Source: Longimicrobiales bacterium
Lineage (GTDB): Bacteria; Gemmatimonadota; Gemmatimonadetes; Longimicrobiales; Gaopeijiaceae
Direction of reading: 5' to 3'
Assembly (NCBI GenBank): GCA_965238005.1
Contig: OZ250165.1
Coordinates: 2,240,001-2,304,000 of the forward strand
DNA: 64,000 nt
The notes beneath the pieces are model-generated. The model had not been told where the DNA came from. It did no database searches and worked only from the letters and a program-made list of their open reading frames with translations. How positions within the stretch are numbered: the first letter of the stretch is position 1; every line of letters starts with the position of its first letter. Of this stretch, positions 43,241 to 52,846 are shown one piece after another. The position numbers were made by a program, and so were the translations under genes.

Positions 43241-43692
43241 GATCGCGGGTCGCCGCCCGAGCGTCCGCACTCCTCTGCCTGGTCGGTGCGGCCGCCTGCA
43301 GCGTCTCGCGTTGGCCGGTTGAGGGACCCCTCGGGGCACCCTTCGGCGTACGCTGGGACGGCGCTCTCCCCGATCTCCATCGAGGCGTGGACATCCTGGT
43401 GCCGACCGGGACGCCGGTGGCTGCGATGTCCGACGGAAGGGTCCGCTTCGCCGGAACCATGGAGGCCTTCGGTGTCGTGGTCTGGCTCGACCACGGCGAC
43501 GACGTCCTGACCGTCTACGCCCACCTCTCCGAGCTTCGGGTCGAGACCGGGGGGCAGTTGGCCAAAGGCGAGATCATCGGGCTGAGCGGAAGCTCAGGAA
43601 ACGCCACCGGACCACATCTCCACTTCGAGATTTGGCGACGCGGGCTGCAGATCGACCCCGTGAGCATGCTGGGCGGCCCTCCAGGGCCGTGA
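43237..43692 (+). CDS. Small M23 metallopeptidase, probable lipoprotein
   Basis: AAAC lipobox; HRGVD, YAHL, TGPHLHFE. Confidence 0.88.
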   Translation: MRSRVAARASALLCLVGAAACSVSRWPVEGPLGAPFGVRWDGALPDLHRGVDILVPTGTPVAAMSDGRVRFAGTMEAFGVVVWLDHGDDVLTVYAHLSELRVETGGQLAKGEIIGLSGSSGNATGPHLHFEIWRRGLQIDPVSMLGGPPGP

Positions 43693-43711
43693 CACGACGC
43701 CTCTCGGTGAC

Positions 43712-44698
43712 CTATCCTTCTGCCAGCAGGGCCTCGATCTCCTGAGTGAGTCGCGGCAACACCTCGAAGGCGTCGCCCACGATGCCGTAATCGGCAACCC
43801 CGAAGATCGGGGCATCGGCGTCCTTGTTCACCGCCACGATGGTCTGAGACGTCCTCATCCCGGCGAGGTGCTGAATGGCCCCCGATATGCCGACGGCGAA
43901 GTAGAGCATGGGAGCCACGGTCTTTCCTGTCTGGCCCAACTGCTCCGAGTGGGGCCTCCAACCCGCATCCACAACCGCTCGGGACGCGCCCAAGGCGGTC
44001 CCGGGACCGAGAGCGTCGCGAAGGTCCTCCAAGAGCGACCAATGCTCCGGATCCTTCATGCCGCGACCCCCGGAGACGATGATGCTCGCCTCGGACACGT
44101 CCACCGATCCAGCCTCGGCGGTCTCGAACCCCACCCTGCGCATGCCAACATCCGCCGGGATGGTCGGGCTCAAGGCTTCTACCGCGCCGGCCGCCCTGAT
44201 CTCCTCGGCACCGAACGAGTTGGGTCGAAGCGACATGACGGCCGGAGAGGCCTGGAATCTGACCCGGGCCAGGGCCTTTCCTGCGTAAATGGGCCGAGCT
44301 GCAACGAGCTCGCCCCCGTCCACTTCCAGGCGTGTGATGTCCGACGCCAGGGGAGTGTCTAGCAATGCCGCCACACGGGGCGCCAGATCCTTGCCCTGAG
44401 CCGTGGCTGGAAAGAGGATCGCGTCGTAATCGCCAGATCGGGCGACCTCGGCTACGACCGGCGCGTAGGTCGCAGGGGAGTACTCGGCCAACGCATCGTC
44501 TTCGGCTACTCGAATGCTCGCGGCCCCGTAGACTCCAAGTCCATCCGCCGCATCTCCCACACCCGGGCCCCCAAGGACCAGGGCATGTGCCGAGCCACCC
44601 AGCTCGGCCGCCGTGCCCGCGGCCGCGGACAGCACTTCATGGGCCGCCGCCCTCACCTGGCCGGCCCTCTGTTCTGCAAAGGCGAGAATGTCGCCCAT
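43712..44698 (-). CDS. etfA: Electron transfer flavoprotein alpha subunit
   Basis: SGGRG, GASRAVVDAGW, QLGQTGK, GISGAIQH. Confidence 0.96.
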   Translation of the reverse strand: MGDILAFAEQRAGQVRAAAHEVLSAAAGTAAELGGSAHALVLGGPGVGDAADGLGVYGAASIRVAEDDALAEYSPATYAPVVAEVARSGDYDAILFPATAQGKDLAPRVAALLDTPLASDITRLEVDGGELVAARPIYAGKALARVRFQASPAVMSLRPNSFGAEEIRAAGAVEALSPTIPADVGMRRVGFETAEAGSVDVSEASIIVSGGRGMKDPEHWSLLEDLRDALGPGTALGASRAVVDAGWRPHSEQLGQTGKTVAPMLYFAVGISGAIQHLAGMRTSQTIVAVNKDADAPIFGVADYGIVGDAFEVLPRLTQEIEALLAEG

Positions 44699-44777
44699 TC
44701 TAATCTCCGATGTTTGTCAGTCTGAGAGTCCGGTTGGTCTCGCCTAGAAGCTGTTGAAGAAGTACGGCGCAGCCTTT

Positions 44778-44902
44778 TAGTGTGGTGTCCCAGAAGTGTC
44801 TCGGCCATTGATCTCGCTGCGCTCGATCCTCTCGCGGTCAACTCGGCGCTCACGACGTGCATGAAGGTCGCTCGGCTCGCGAACTTCTGGGACACCACAC
44901 TA
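44778..44902. mobile_element. 125-bp MITE-like element (family A) with perfect 20-bp terminal inverted repeats
   Basis: TAGTGTGGTGTCCCAGAAGT (44778-44797) and ACTTCTGGGACACCACACTA (44883-44902); TA at both ends. Confidence 0.85.
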
Positions 44903-45649
44903 GAGCACGTTGGCCTCTTCCCGAAGGAGCCGAACCAGTTCGGGCACAGCGTCGGCGCCTTCACCCACGATGCGACCCTCGGCCCGGGCCGGGGGATACT
45001 CCAAGCGCTCCACGGTGAGGCGGCTTTCCGCCACCAGGGCTTCTTTCTGCTCCAGAGGCTTCTTCTTCGCCGCCATGATCCCCTTCAGAGAGGCATAGCG
45101 CAGCTCGAACCCACTCTTCGTGATGGATATCACCGCCGGAAGCTCTAGCTCGACCACCTCGATTCCGCCCTCCACCTCCCGGTGACACCGCACCGCCCCG
45201 TCGGCCAGCGCGAAGCTCGTCACGTTGGAGGCACAGGGACGGCCGAGGAGAATCGCGACCATGGGACCCACCTGCTGCTGGTCGTCGTCGACCGCCTTCA
45301 CCCCGAAGAGAATGCGCGGGGCATCCCGCCCCTCGAGCTCGGCAGTCAGGGCCTTCGCCGTGGCCAGCCCGTCCATGGTGACGGTCCCCGTGAGGAGGAC
45401 CGCGGCATCGGCGCCCACGGCCAGACCGGCCCGCAGCGTCTCCTGAGCACTGTCGTCGCCGAGGGTCAGCAGGGTGACTTCGCCTTCATCCCGCTCCTCC
45501 TTCGTGCGAAGAGCCGCCTCGAGAGCGAACTCGTCGTACGGGCTCATGACGTACTTCACGCCGCCGGGATCGATGTCCTTCTCGCCATCGGCGAGGCGGA
45601 CTCGTGTCTCGGTGTCCGGGACGCGCTTTATGCACACGATGATATTCAA
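44900..45649 (-). CDS. etfB: Electron transfer flavoprotein beta subunit
   Basis: IIVCIKRVPD, PYDEFALEAAL, RYASLKGIMAAKKK. Confidence 0.96.
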   Translation of the reverse strand: MNIIVCIKRVPDTETRVRLADGEKDIDPGGVKYVMSPYDEFALEAALRTKEERDEGEVTLLTLGDDSAQETLRAGLAVGADAAVLLTGTVTMDGLATAKALTAELEGRDAPRILFGVKAVDDDQQQVGPMVAILLGRPCASNVTSFALADGAVRCHREVEGGIEVVELELPAVISITKSGFELRYASLKGIMAAKKKPLEQKEALVAESRLTVERLEYPPARAEGRIVGEGADAVPELVRLLREEANVL

Positions 45650-45675
45650 GCTAGTCTACTCCGATTCGTTGCCGT

Positions 45676-46362
45676 TCAACGATTTGGCTCGCTAAACTTA
45701 CTTTCCCGAAATAGGCGTCCTCCGCGCCGGCTTCGAGACACCGACGCATTGCCCAGGACGTAGAAGCGGAGCGGCCATTCTTTTGCTCGGCTGATCCCGA
45801 TTCGTGGCGATACGCCAATGGAGGAGGGCGCCACCGGCCATCCCGCCAGGAGCCTCAGAGGCGGAGCTGAGAGGTCGTGTCCGTCTAGTGCTCCTGTCAC
45901 GCCGAGCGCCTGACTGACCCGCCCCGGACCGGACCCCAGATCCCGCGATCGGCCTCGCCGGTCGGACATGACATCCAACCCATCCACGGGGTCCACGGCC
46001 CGGATGAGGACTGCGCACGGGTCGTCCTCACCTCCGGCGACCACGTTCAGACACCAGTGGATCCCGTAGCTGAGATACACGTAGGCCAGGCCGGGCGGGC
46101 CGAACATGGTGGCGTTGCGGCGGGTCCGGCCGATCCTGGCTGCCGCGTGAGAGGCCGGATCGGATCGGCCGAGGTACGCCTCGACCTCGACGATGACTCC
46201 CTCCGCCCTCCGCCCATCCACGGCAGAGACCAACCGGGTACCGAGGAGATCGGGGGCCACCTCCTGGGCGGGGCGGGCGAAAAAGCCCTCGTCCAGGGCC
46301 TCCGGAGACGGTGGGCCCGCCCACCACCCCGGGGGCGTCACGCTCACCGACCCACTCCTCAT
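45676..46362 (-). CDS. mpg: 3-methyladenine DNA glycosylase (MPG/AAG family)
   Basis: IVEVEAY, DPASH, YVYLSYGIHWCLNV, AVLIRA, SGPG, RIGIS. Confidence 0.93.
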   Translation of the reverse strand: MRSGSVSVTPPGWWAGPPSPEALDEGFFARPAQEVAPDLLGTRLVSAVDGRRAEGVIVEVEAYLGRSDPASHAAARIGRTRRNATMFGPPGLAYVYLSYGIHWCLNVVAGGEDDPCAVLIRAVDPVDGLDVMSDRRGRSRDLGSGPGRVSQALGVTGALDGHDLSAPPLRLLAGWPVAPSSIGVSPRIGISRAKEWPLRFYVLGNASVSRSRRGGRLFRESKFSEPNR

Positions 46363-46374
46363 CCAATCTTTCCG

Positions 46375-48351
46375 TCAGCTCTTCTCTTGGTCGGACCCGG
46401 GAGACTGTCGCCTGGAGCCTCGGCGAGTCCTCCTCGCCCCCCCGCGACCGCGCGGCACGGCCCTGGAGGAGGACGGCTCTTCGCCCAGCCGGCCTCTTTC
46501 GCTCCTGGGGTCGCTCTGCCTCTCTGCGGGGCGGTGCTCTCCCGAGGGCTGACGCCCTTCCTTGGGCTCGCGTTCCTCCCGCTGCTGGCGCTCCGACCTG
46601 GGCTGGAGCCCTGTCTTGGGCCAGCGCCCCCCTTTCGGACCACGCTCGTCAGGCTGGTCGGCCTCGGGATTGGGCGTCGAGGCGGATGCCTCCTCTCGCC
46701 GCCGAGTCCCCTCGGTCCGGCGCGAGTAGTCCGTCCGCCACTCCGCCAAGACCTGCTCGGCGCGCCGTGGTACGACCTCGCTTACACGATACGGCGCATT
46801 CTGGAAGACCTCGAAGAGAGCTTTACCGAACGCCTCCACGAGAGCCTCCGCCGTCTTCTTGCCCACGCCCTTGTAGGAGTTCGTGAGGTAGCTGATCATG
46901 GCCTCGCTTCCGGCGGGCAGACCCAAGCCGCCCACCTGGACCGCATCCTCCTCAGAGGCTCTTGAACGTCCCTTCGTGCTCTGGCCGACCACCTGCCCCT
47001 CGAAGAGGACAGGATCGCCCGAATCGCGCCGCCGCCCCGACCCCCCTCTGGGCCCCAGGCGACCCGAAGATCCCTGGTCGGTTGTGCCGTGAGGTTCAGC
47101 CGAACTCCGAGCCTCCGCGGTGCCCGGAGAGTCGATAGCCTCCTCGGACCCCTCCTCTTGCCCCGGGTCGGAGCCGGCGTCGTCCTCCGTGAGGGAGACT
47201 TGGTAGTTGCCGGTGTGGGTCCTGTCGAGATAGACCACCCCATGCTCCTCGGCCTGCTGGAGAAACCGGCTGAACTTCCCGAAGCCGAGCTCGGCCTCGT
47301 CGAAGCTCGAGTCACGCTCGAGCATCTTTCGCTTGACGTCGGAATCCCGGACCGATTCCCTGCCCCTTTCCTTGAGGGCGCGGAGGCACACCAGCATCAG
47401 CTCGTAGGCGCTACGGAGCGGATCGGCGCCGTCCTCGTCCAAAGACCCCGACCGCTCTTCGATCTCCTCCGACCGCTCGGGCCTCCCCGAGCGTGGCTTC
47501 TCGGATCTCACCCTCCGGGAAGAGGTGGAACCCCTGCCCTTGCGGTCGCGATCGCCGTTATCCGACGCCGCGCTCCCCCCCTTGCGGGCGACCTTCACCT
47601 CGTATTGACCGTTCTCCAGCTTGTGGAGCTTGACGATGCCGCGGGATGACGCCTCGGCCAAGAACTTGGAGAACTTACTGAACCCGTAGCTCCCCTCGTC
47701 AAAGTTGCCGTCGATCTCGATCATCACCTGCTTGAGGCGATCCGACCGCATGATGTCATTCCGCTTGGTCATGCGGGTCAGGGCATCTGCCACCAGCTCC
47801 CACGGATCCGTGGGCTTGCCGACGCTGTCCGTGGTCTGCCGCAGGCCGGTGAGGCTCGTGTACGAGTAGTACTCGTCACAGTTCTGCACGAGGATGTCGG
47901 AGCTGGACTCCTGGATCCCTACGCCGATGACGTACTTCCCGTACTCCTTGAGCTTGAGAACCAGGCTCGAGAAGTCGGAGTCGCCGGTCAGGAGGATGAA
48001 GGTCCCGATCTCGGGGCGAATGAAGACCAGCTCCACTCCGTCGATGGCCATCCGGATGTCGGTGGCGTTCTTCTTCGAGCTCCCGTAGGCGGGGGCGAAG
48101 ATGAGGTCGACGGAAGCTTCGGAGAGTGGGACGATGTACTGTGGGTAGCGACGCCAGTCGGCATAGGCCCGCTGAACGGTGACCTTACCCCGAATGATGT
48201 CCGACTGGAGGAGGCTCTTCAGCTCCTTGGAAAGGTCACTTCGCATCCCCATCGTGACGTTGTCGAAGTCGATGAGGAGGGCCGCGTTGGGGGCATCGGC
48301 CAATGCCTTGCTGGGCCCCTCCACACGAGGGGCCTGGGAATACGGTTTCAT
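46375..48351 (-). CDS. NYN (LabA/DUF88) nuclease with two OST-HTH/LOTUS domains and an HhH segment
   Basis: IDFDNV, KNATDIRMAID, TGDSDF; FDEGSYGFSKFSKFL and FDEAELGFGKFSRFL; YKGVGKKTAEALVEAFG. Confidence 0.85.
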   Translation of the reverse strand: MKPYSQAPRVEGPSKALADAPNAALLIDFDNVTMGMRSDLSKELKSLLQSDIIRGKVTVQRAYADWRRYPQYIVPLSEASVDLIFAPAYGSSKKNATDIRMAIDGVELVFIRPEIGTFILLTGDSDFSSLVLKLKEYGKYVIGVGIQESSSDILVQNCDEYYSYTSLTGLRQTTDSVGKPTDPWELVADALTRMTKRNDIMRSDRLKQVMIEIDGNFDEGSYGFSKFSKFLAEASSRGIVKLHKLENGQYEVKVARKGGSAASDNGDRDRKGRGSTSSRRVRSEKPRSGRPERSEEIEERSGSLDEDGADPLRSAYELMLVCLRALKERGRESVRDSDVKRKMLERDSSFDEAELGFGKFSRFLQQAEEHGVVYLDRTHTGNYQVSLTEDDAGSDPGQEEGSEEAIDSPGTAEARSSAEPHGTTDQGSSGRLGPRGGSGRRRDSGDPVLFEGQVVGQSTKGRSRASEEDAVQVGGLGLPAGSEAMISYLTNSYKGVGKKTAEALVEAFGKALFEVFQNAPYRVSEVVPRRAEQVLAEWRTDYSRRTEGTRRREEASASTPNPEADQPDERGPKGGRWPKTGLQPRSERQQREEREPKEGRQPSGEHRPAERQSDPRSERGRLGEEPSSSRAVPRGRGGARRTRRGSRRQSPGSDQEKS

Positions 48352-48487
48352 TGATTCCTTCTCGCGATTTGAGTATGCCGGCTGCACTCGCGAGACCTCC
48401 CCACCCGTGCCAGGTCATCGTGCCTCGATGGGCAGTCGAATCTGGTAGGGGAAGGGGGGGCCAGGTATCAGAGTGCCCGGCAGTCCT

Positions 48488-50086
48488 TCATGTCCTGTAG
48501 CGCTCGTGCGTCGCCCGAACCCTGCGTGAGAGCTCCACTCGTCGGACCTGTCCAGTGCCCGTCAACGGAAACTCGTCCACAAAGTGGACGAGGTCGGGAA
48601 CCTTGTAGTCCGCGAGCGTGACCGCACACCAGTCGATGATCTCCTGACCGGTGACGATGGCACCCTCGTCGGGAACGACGCACGCGCAGATGGCCTCTCC
48701 CAGAACATCATCTGAGACCCCGGCCACCACGGCCTCACGTACCGCCGGGTGTGAGTGAAGTCGATCCTCAACTTCCCGGGGGTAAACGTTGTAACCACCG
48801 CGGATTATAACCTCTTTCTGCCGCCCGACCAAATGGACGAACCCGTCCTCGTCGATAATACCGAGGTCGCCGGTCAGGAAGAACCCGTCGGGGTCGAGAG
48901 AGTTGGATGTCTCCCTGGGCTGCCTGTAGTAGCCGTGCATGACGCCGGGTCCGCGCACTCCGATCTCGCCGACGCTCTCCACGGGAAGCTCTCCGCCGTC
49001 CGGATCGAGGATCTTCACCTTGGTGCCCTCGATGGGGCGTCCGACCGTGAAGAGACGCTTCGACGGCGGGTCTTCCTGCCGGGTGATGCAGACCGTCGAG
49101 GAGGCCTCGGTGAGGGAGTAGGCGATGAGCAGATCCGGACAGAGATGCTCCGTCACAGCCCGAACGAGGTCGTCCGAGACGGGTGCTCCCGCCACCAGAC
49201 CCACCCTGAGCGAGGAGAGGTCGCGGGGTTGCGACTTCTGCTCGTGGAGCTCGGTCACGAAGAGTGTGGGCACACCATGATGGACGGTGGCCCTGTGACG
49301 CTCGATATGGTCCAGGGTGCCCGCGCCCTCGAAGTCATCCTGGAGGACCAGCGCCGACCCGGAGACGAGGGACCCCAAGATCCCCGGGCCAAGGCCGAAT
49401 ACGTGGAAGACCGCCGTGACCCCTACCACTCGGTCGCTCGAGCTCAAGCCCAGCACCTTGGCCGTGCTTTCAGCCACGCCCAGGACGTTGGCGTGCGTCA
49501 GCTCGACGCCCTTGGGCTTGCCGGTGGTCCCCGACGTATACACGATGGCGAACAGGTCCTCGCTCGGGTCCACGGACTGGGCCGAGTAGTCCCGACCGCG
49601 CCCCGCCGACAGAAGATCCTCGAACTGGAAGATCCGATCGTCGTACCAGAGATCCTCCTCGCCCACCGTGATCATGTACTGAAGATCCGGGAGCTGTACC
49701 AAGAGGTCTTCGAAGAGCTCAAGGAAGTCGACACCCTCCAGCGTCTCGGCCGTAATGGCCGCCACCGTCTCGGAGTGTCTCAGGGTGTACTGGAGGTCTG
49801 GGCCGGTGAGCCGTGGATTCAGCGGCACCAGAACGGCTCCGAGCTTGGCCACGGCGAACATGGAGACGACGAACTCCGGCCAGGGGGGCATGACGACTGC
49901 GACGCGGTCCCCGGCCTCGATTCCGAGTCCGGCGAGAGAAGCGGCCAGGGCCTCAGCCCTGCTCTCCATCTGGCCGAACGTGACCTCGTCGTCCTCCAGG
50001 ACCAAGAACACCTCCTCGGGATCCGACGTCGCCCTTGCCGAAAGGACGGCAGCCACGCCCTGGCCCGTGACGCGCCCCAGCTCCAT
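48488..50086 (-). CDS. Long-chain acyl-CoA ligase (AMP-binding family)
   Basis: [36 protein letters not shown] 50086 with GAGGGAG. Confidence 0.9.
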   Translation of the reverse strand: MELGRVTGQGVAAVLSARATSDPEEVFLVLEDDEVTFGQMESRAEALAASLAGLGIEAGDRVAVVMPPWPEFVVSMFAVAKLGAVLVPLNPRLTGPDLQYTLRHSETVAAITAETLEGVDFLELFEDLLVQLPDLQYMITVGEEDLWYDDRIFQFEDLLSAGRGRDYSAQSVDPSEDLFAIVYTSGTTGKPKGVELTHANVLGVAESTAKVLGLSSSDRVVGVTAVFHVFGLGPGILGSLVSGSALVLQDDFEGAGTLDHIERHRATVHHGVPTLFVTELHEQKSQPRDLSSLRVGLVAGAPVSDDLVRAVTEHLCPDLLIAYSLTEASSTVCITRQEDPPSKRLFTVGRPIEGTKVKILDPDGGELPVESVGEIGVRGPGVMHGYYRQPRETSNSLDPDGFFLTGDLGIIDEDGFVHLVGRQKEVIIRGGYNVYPREVEDRLHSHPAVREAVVAGVSDDVLGEAICACVVPDEGAIVTGQEIIDWCAVTLADYKVPDLVHFVDEFPLTGTGQVRRVELSRRVRATHERYRT

Positions 50087-50115
50087 TTCAGCTCCCTCTG
50101 AGAGTTCCACGACTT

Positions 50116-50427
50116 AGAGGCCTGTGGAAGGAGTACAGCGGGTCGCGTTAGGAGCGCCGAGGGTCCAGCGCGTAGGCGGCGCGACGACGCGATGCTGAAG
50201 TATCGGGGAGGAGCGCCAACACCCGGGGCACCGCGCGGAGCGTGGTCGGGCCCTCGCCGCCCTAACCCGAAGGGCACAGGGGGGCTGCGGTCTCATAGGT
50301 CGTCTCTCCTCCTCGCCGTAGCCCTGCTACGACTCGTCGTCGTTCCTACTCTGAGCCTCGCAAGACCGGGGCACCCGCGCCGAAGGCGTGGGTCGCGCGA
50401 CCCACTGCACTCCTGCCACAGGCCTCT
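50116..50427. mobile_element. About 312-bp MITE-like element (family B) with 32-bp terminal inverted repeats
   Basis: AGAGGCCTGTGGAAGGAGTACAGCGGGTCGCG versus reverse complement of 50396-50427, 29/32 identical; TTA/TCA flanks; no convincing ORF. Confidence 0.82.
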
Positions 50428-50438
50428 CATCCTTCGCA

Positions 50439-51566
50439 TCACCCTTTCGTAGCCATCGAATTCAACAGATCTAGCACCAGGTTCTCGTCTACCGGCTGAC
50501 TCCAGGAGTCGTCGGTGCGGTGTACCATACCGATTCGAGAGAGGAGCACAAACCTCGGTCGGCCGAGCCGAGCTTTCTTGTCGAGCCCAAGATATGTCAT
50601 GATCTCCCTCGGCGCGGCCCCGCCCGGCAATACGAGATCTATCTCGAGGATCCCCGCGATCCGGCCGAGACGCTCCGCGACGCCGCGCTCGGTCACTCCC
50701 AGCCGCTCCCCCAGGCGGGCCTCCAGAGACATACCCACGGCCACTGCCGTCCCGTGAGGGACGCCGTATGCAGAGGCGCCTTCGATGGCGTGACCCAGGG
50801 TGTGGCCGAAGTTGAGGACCTCACGCCGGCCTGACTCCCGCTCGTCCGCCGAGACCACCTCGGCCTTGAGCTCCACCGAGCGGGCGACGGCCCACTCCAC
50901 AGGCCCGACCTCGCCGTCCAGCAGCGCAGGCATGTCCCGCTCCAGTTCGTCCAGATAAAGGCCGTCCATGATGGCGCCGTGCTTCACGGCCTCGACCAGT
51001 CCCTGAGCGCGCTCCTCGCGCGGCAGCGTCTGGATCACCTCCGGATCCGCCACCACGAGGTTCGGCGCGTGGAAGGCCCCTACCAGATTCTTGCCTTCCT
51101 CGACGTCCACCCCCGTCTTGCCGCCGACGGAGGCGTCGATCATGGCTACCAAACTGGTTGGCACCTGAACCACAGGAACTCCGCGCATGTAGGTTGCAGC
51201 CACGAAACCGGCCAGGTCCCCCACCACACCTCCACCGAGCGCGACCACGCACGAATCCCGGGCGAAGCCTCCTTTGAGCAGGCCGTCGGTGAGGTCCGCC
51301 CACTGTGTTCTGGTCTTGTGCCGCTCTCCGGCCGGGAACGAGAACAGCTCGACCCCGAGGCCCGCTCCCCGCATGGTTTCGAGCACGGCGTGCCCGTAGA
51401 GCTCAGCAACGGTCGAGTCGGAGATCACGGCGTAGCGATGTGCCGGCGCGTGCTCCCGGAGCAGATCCGGCAGCGAGGCAAGCAAGCCACTCCCCACCAG
51501 CACCCGGTATTCGAAAGCGTGTCCTCCACGGCGTACCGAGGTCGAGACCACGTTGGAAGGGGTCAC
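50439..51566 (-). CDS. aroB: 3-dehydroquinate synthase
   Basis: GERHKT, GGGVVGDLAGF, DASVGGKTG, KNLVGAF, LNFGHTLGHAIE; start approximate. Confidence 0.95.
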   Translation of the reverse strand: MTPSNVVSTSVRRGGHAFEYRVLVGSGLLASLPDLLREHAPAHRYAVISDSTVAELYGHAVLETMRGAGLGVELFSFPAGERHKTRTQWADLTDGLLKGGFARDSCVVALGGGVVGDLAGFVAATYMRGVPVVQVPTSLVAMIDASVGGKTGVDVEEGKNLVGAFHAPNLVVADPEVIQTLPREERAQGLVEAVKHGAIMDGLYLDELERDMPALLDGEVGPVEWAVARSVELKAEVVSADERESGRREVLNFGHTLGHAIEGASAYGVPHGTAVAVGMSLEARLGERLGVTERGVAERLGRIAGILEIDLVLPGGAAPREIMTYLGLDKKARLGRPRFVLLSRIGMVHRTDDSWSQPVDENLVLDLLNSMATKG

Positions 51567-51571
51567 GGAGA

Positions 51572-52846
51572 TCAGGACCCCGCCGGGCTCTCCAGAGACG
51601 CCTCCACTCCCGGGGCACCCCCGATCACAAGACGGGCTCCCGGCCGGCCGGCCACATCCATGGCGCCCAAGGAGGCCTCCACAGGGAACCCGCTCAGGTG
51701 CGGCCACAGGGCATCGATGAACCCGTCGCGCTGGCTCTCGCTGTCCCAGACGCTGACCCACACCAGCGCTCGGGTCCCATCCCCATTCTCCAGTAGGAGA
51801 TAACGATCCCCGTCCCAGCCTTCCGCCGAGGCCCGAGAGCCCGTGTGCATCTCCAGCAGGATTCCGGTCTCGAGCTCACCCAAGCTGTCGTCGTAAAGCC
51901 GGCTCCACCCGGCCGGCGTCGTCACGTCCACAGTCACGGGCGAGTCCCGCCCGTCACCGAGGAACTTCTCGGGATGGAGGATCTGCTCGGTGGACACGGG
52001 AAGTTGTGGGCCGAAGGGTGGGGGGCGTCCCGGCCCGTGCTTCCACAGAGCTTCCACGAAGGCGGCTCCGCCAAGATACGGGAAGAGCAGGGACTCCTGG
52101 AGCACCAGAGGTGCCTCGGCCAAAGCCGGTGACTGAGTCCGCGCCGCCTCGAGAGCGGGACGCACCAGCTCGGTGAAGTTCGTGATCTTCGTCAGGTCCA
52201 ACGAGCCTCCCTGCGGCGCCATGAGGAACTCGAACATGACCAGGGTGGCGTGTCCTTCGATGGCCGCCTGTGCCGCCACCTGGCGGTCGTTGCCCAGATC
52301 CGGATCGGTGATGGCATCCAAATCGATGCTCTGATCCTGGATCGCATGGACGAGCTCGTGGACGAGAAGCGACTCCAGAGCCTCCTCGGGCTGATCGTCG
52401 AGGACGAAGAGCGTGGTGGAGTCCGGATCGTAGAAGCCGGCGACTTGTTCCAGATAGAGCCCCTTCAAGACCGCCCGTAGGTTCATATCCCGGGGCACCA
52501 GACCGAAGAGTCCATAGGACTCGGTGAGAAGCTCGGCCTCGGAGTCCGGGAGCTCCTCGTCGAGCTTGAACTCCAGGTAACGCTCCAGCTCGCCACGCGT
52601 GCGGCGCTCCAACCGCACGGGCCCCCGCAGCTCCAGGCCGGAGCGGTTCGCCAGATCGGGTAGGAGCGCGGCGGCAGCCCGGGCCAACAACGGGTCTGAC
52701 GACGTCACGAGGGCGGCCGCTTGGTCCGTCTGGGCCGGGGAGCACGCCACGCACGTGGCGAGTGGGATCGCCAGAAAAGAGATCACCCTTGCCCCTATCT
52801 GCACCTGTCGCAAACGGAGGTCACCCCCCCGCGGGAGCCCGGCCAT
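51572..52846 (-). CDS. Exported/lipoprotein HEXXH zinc-peptidase-like protein
   Basis: VAC signal; AGFYDP, HELVHAIQDQ, AAIEGHAT, PVSTEQILHPEK, GWDGDR; start uncertain. Confidence 0.7.
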   Translation of the reverse strand: MAGLPRGGDLRLRQVQIGARVISFLAIPLATCVACSPAQTDQAAALVTSSDPLLARAAAALLPDLANRSGLELRGPVRLERRTRGELERYLEFKLDEELPDSEAELLTESYGLFGLVPRDMNLRAVLKGLYLEQVAGFYDPDSTTLFVLDDQPEEALESLLVHELVHAIQDQSIDLDAITDPDLGNDRQVAAQAAIEGHATLVMFEFLMAPQGGSLDLTKITNFTELVRPALEAARTQSPALAEAPLVLQESLLFPYLGGAAFVEALWKHGPGRPPPFGPQLPVSTEQILHPEKFLGDGRDSPVTVDVTTPAGWSRLYDDSLGELETGILLEMHTGSRASAEGWDGDRYLLLENGDGTRALVWVSVWDSESQRDGFIDALWPHLSGFPVEASLGAMDVAGRPGARLVIGGAPGVEASLESPAGS

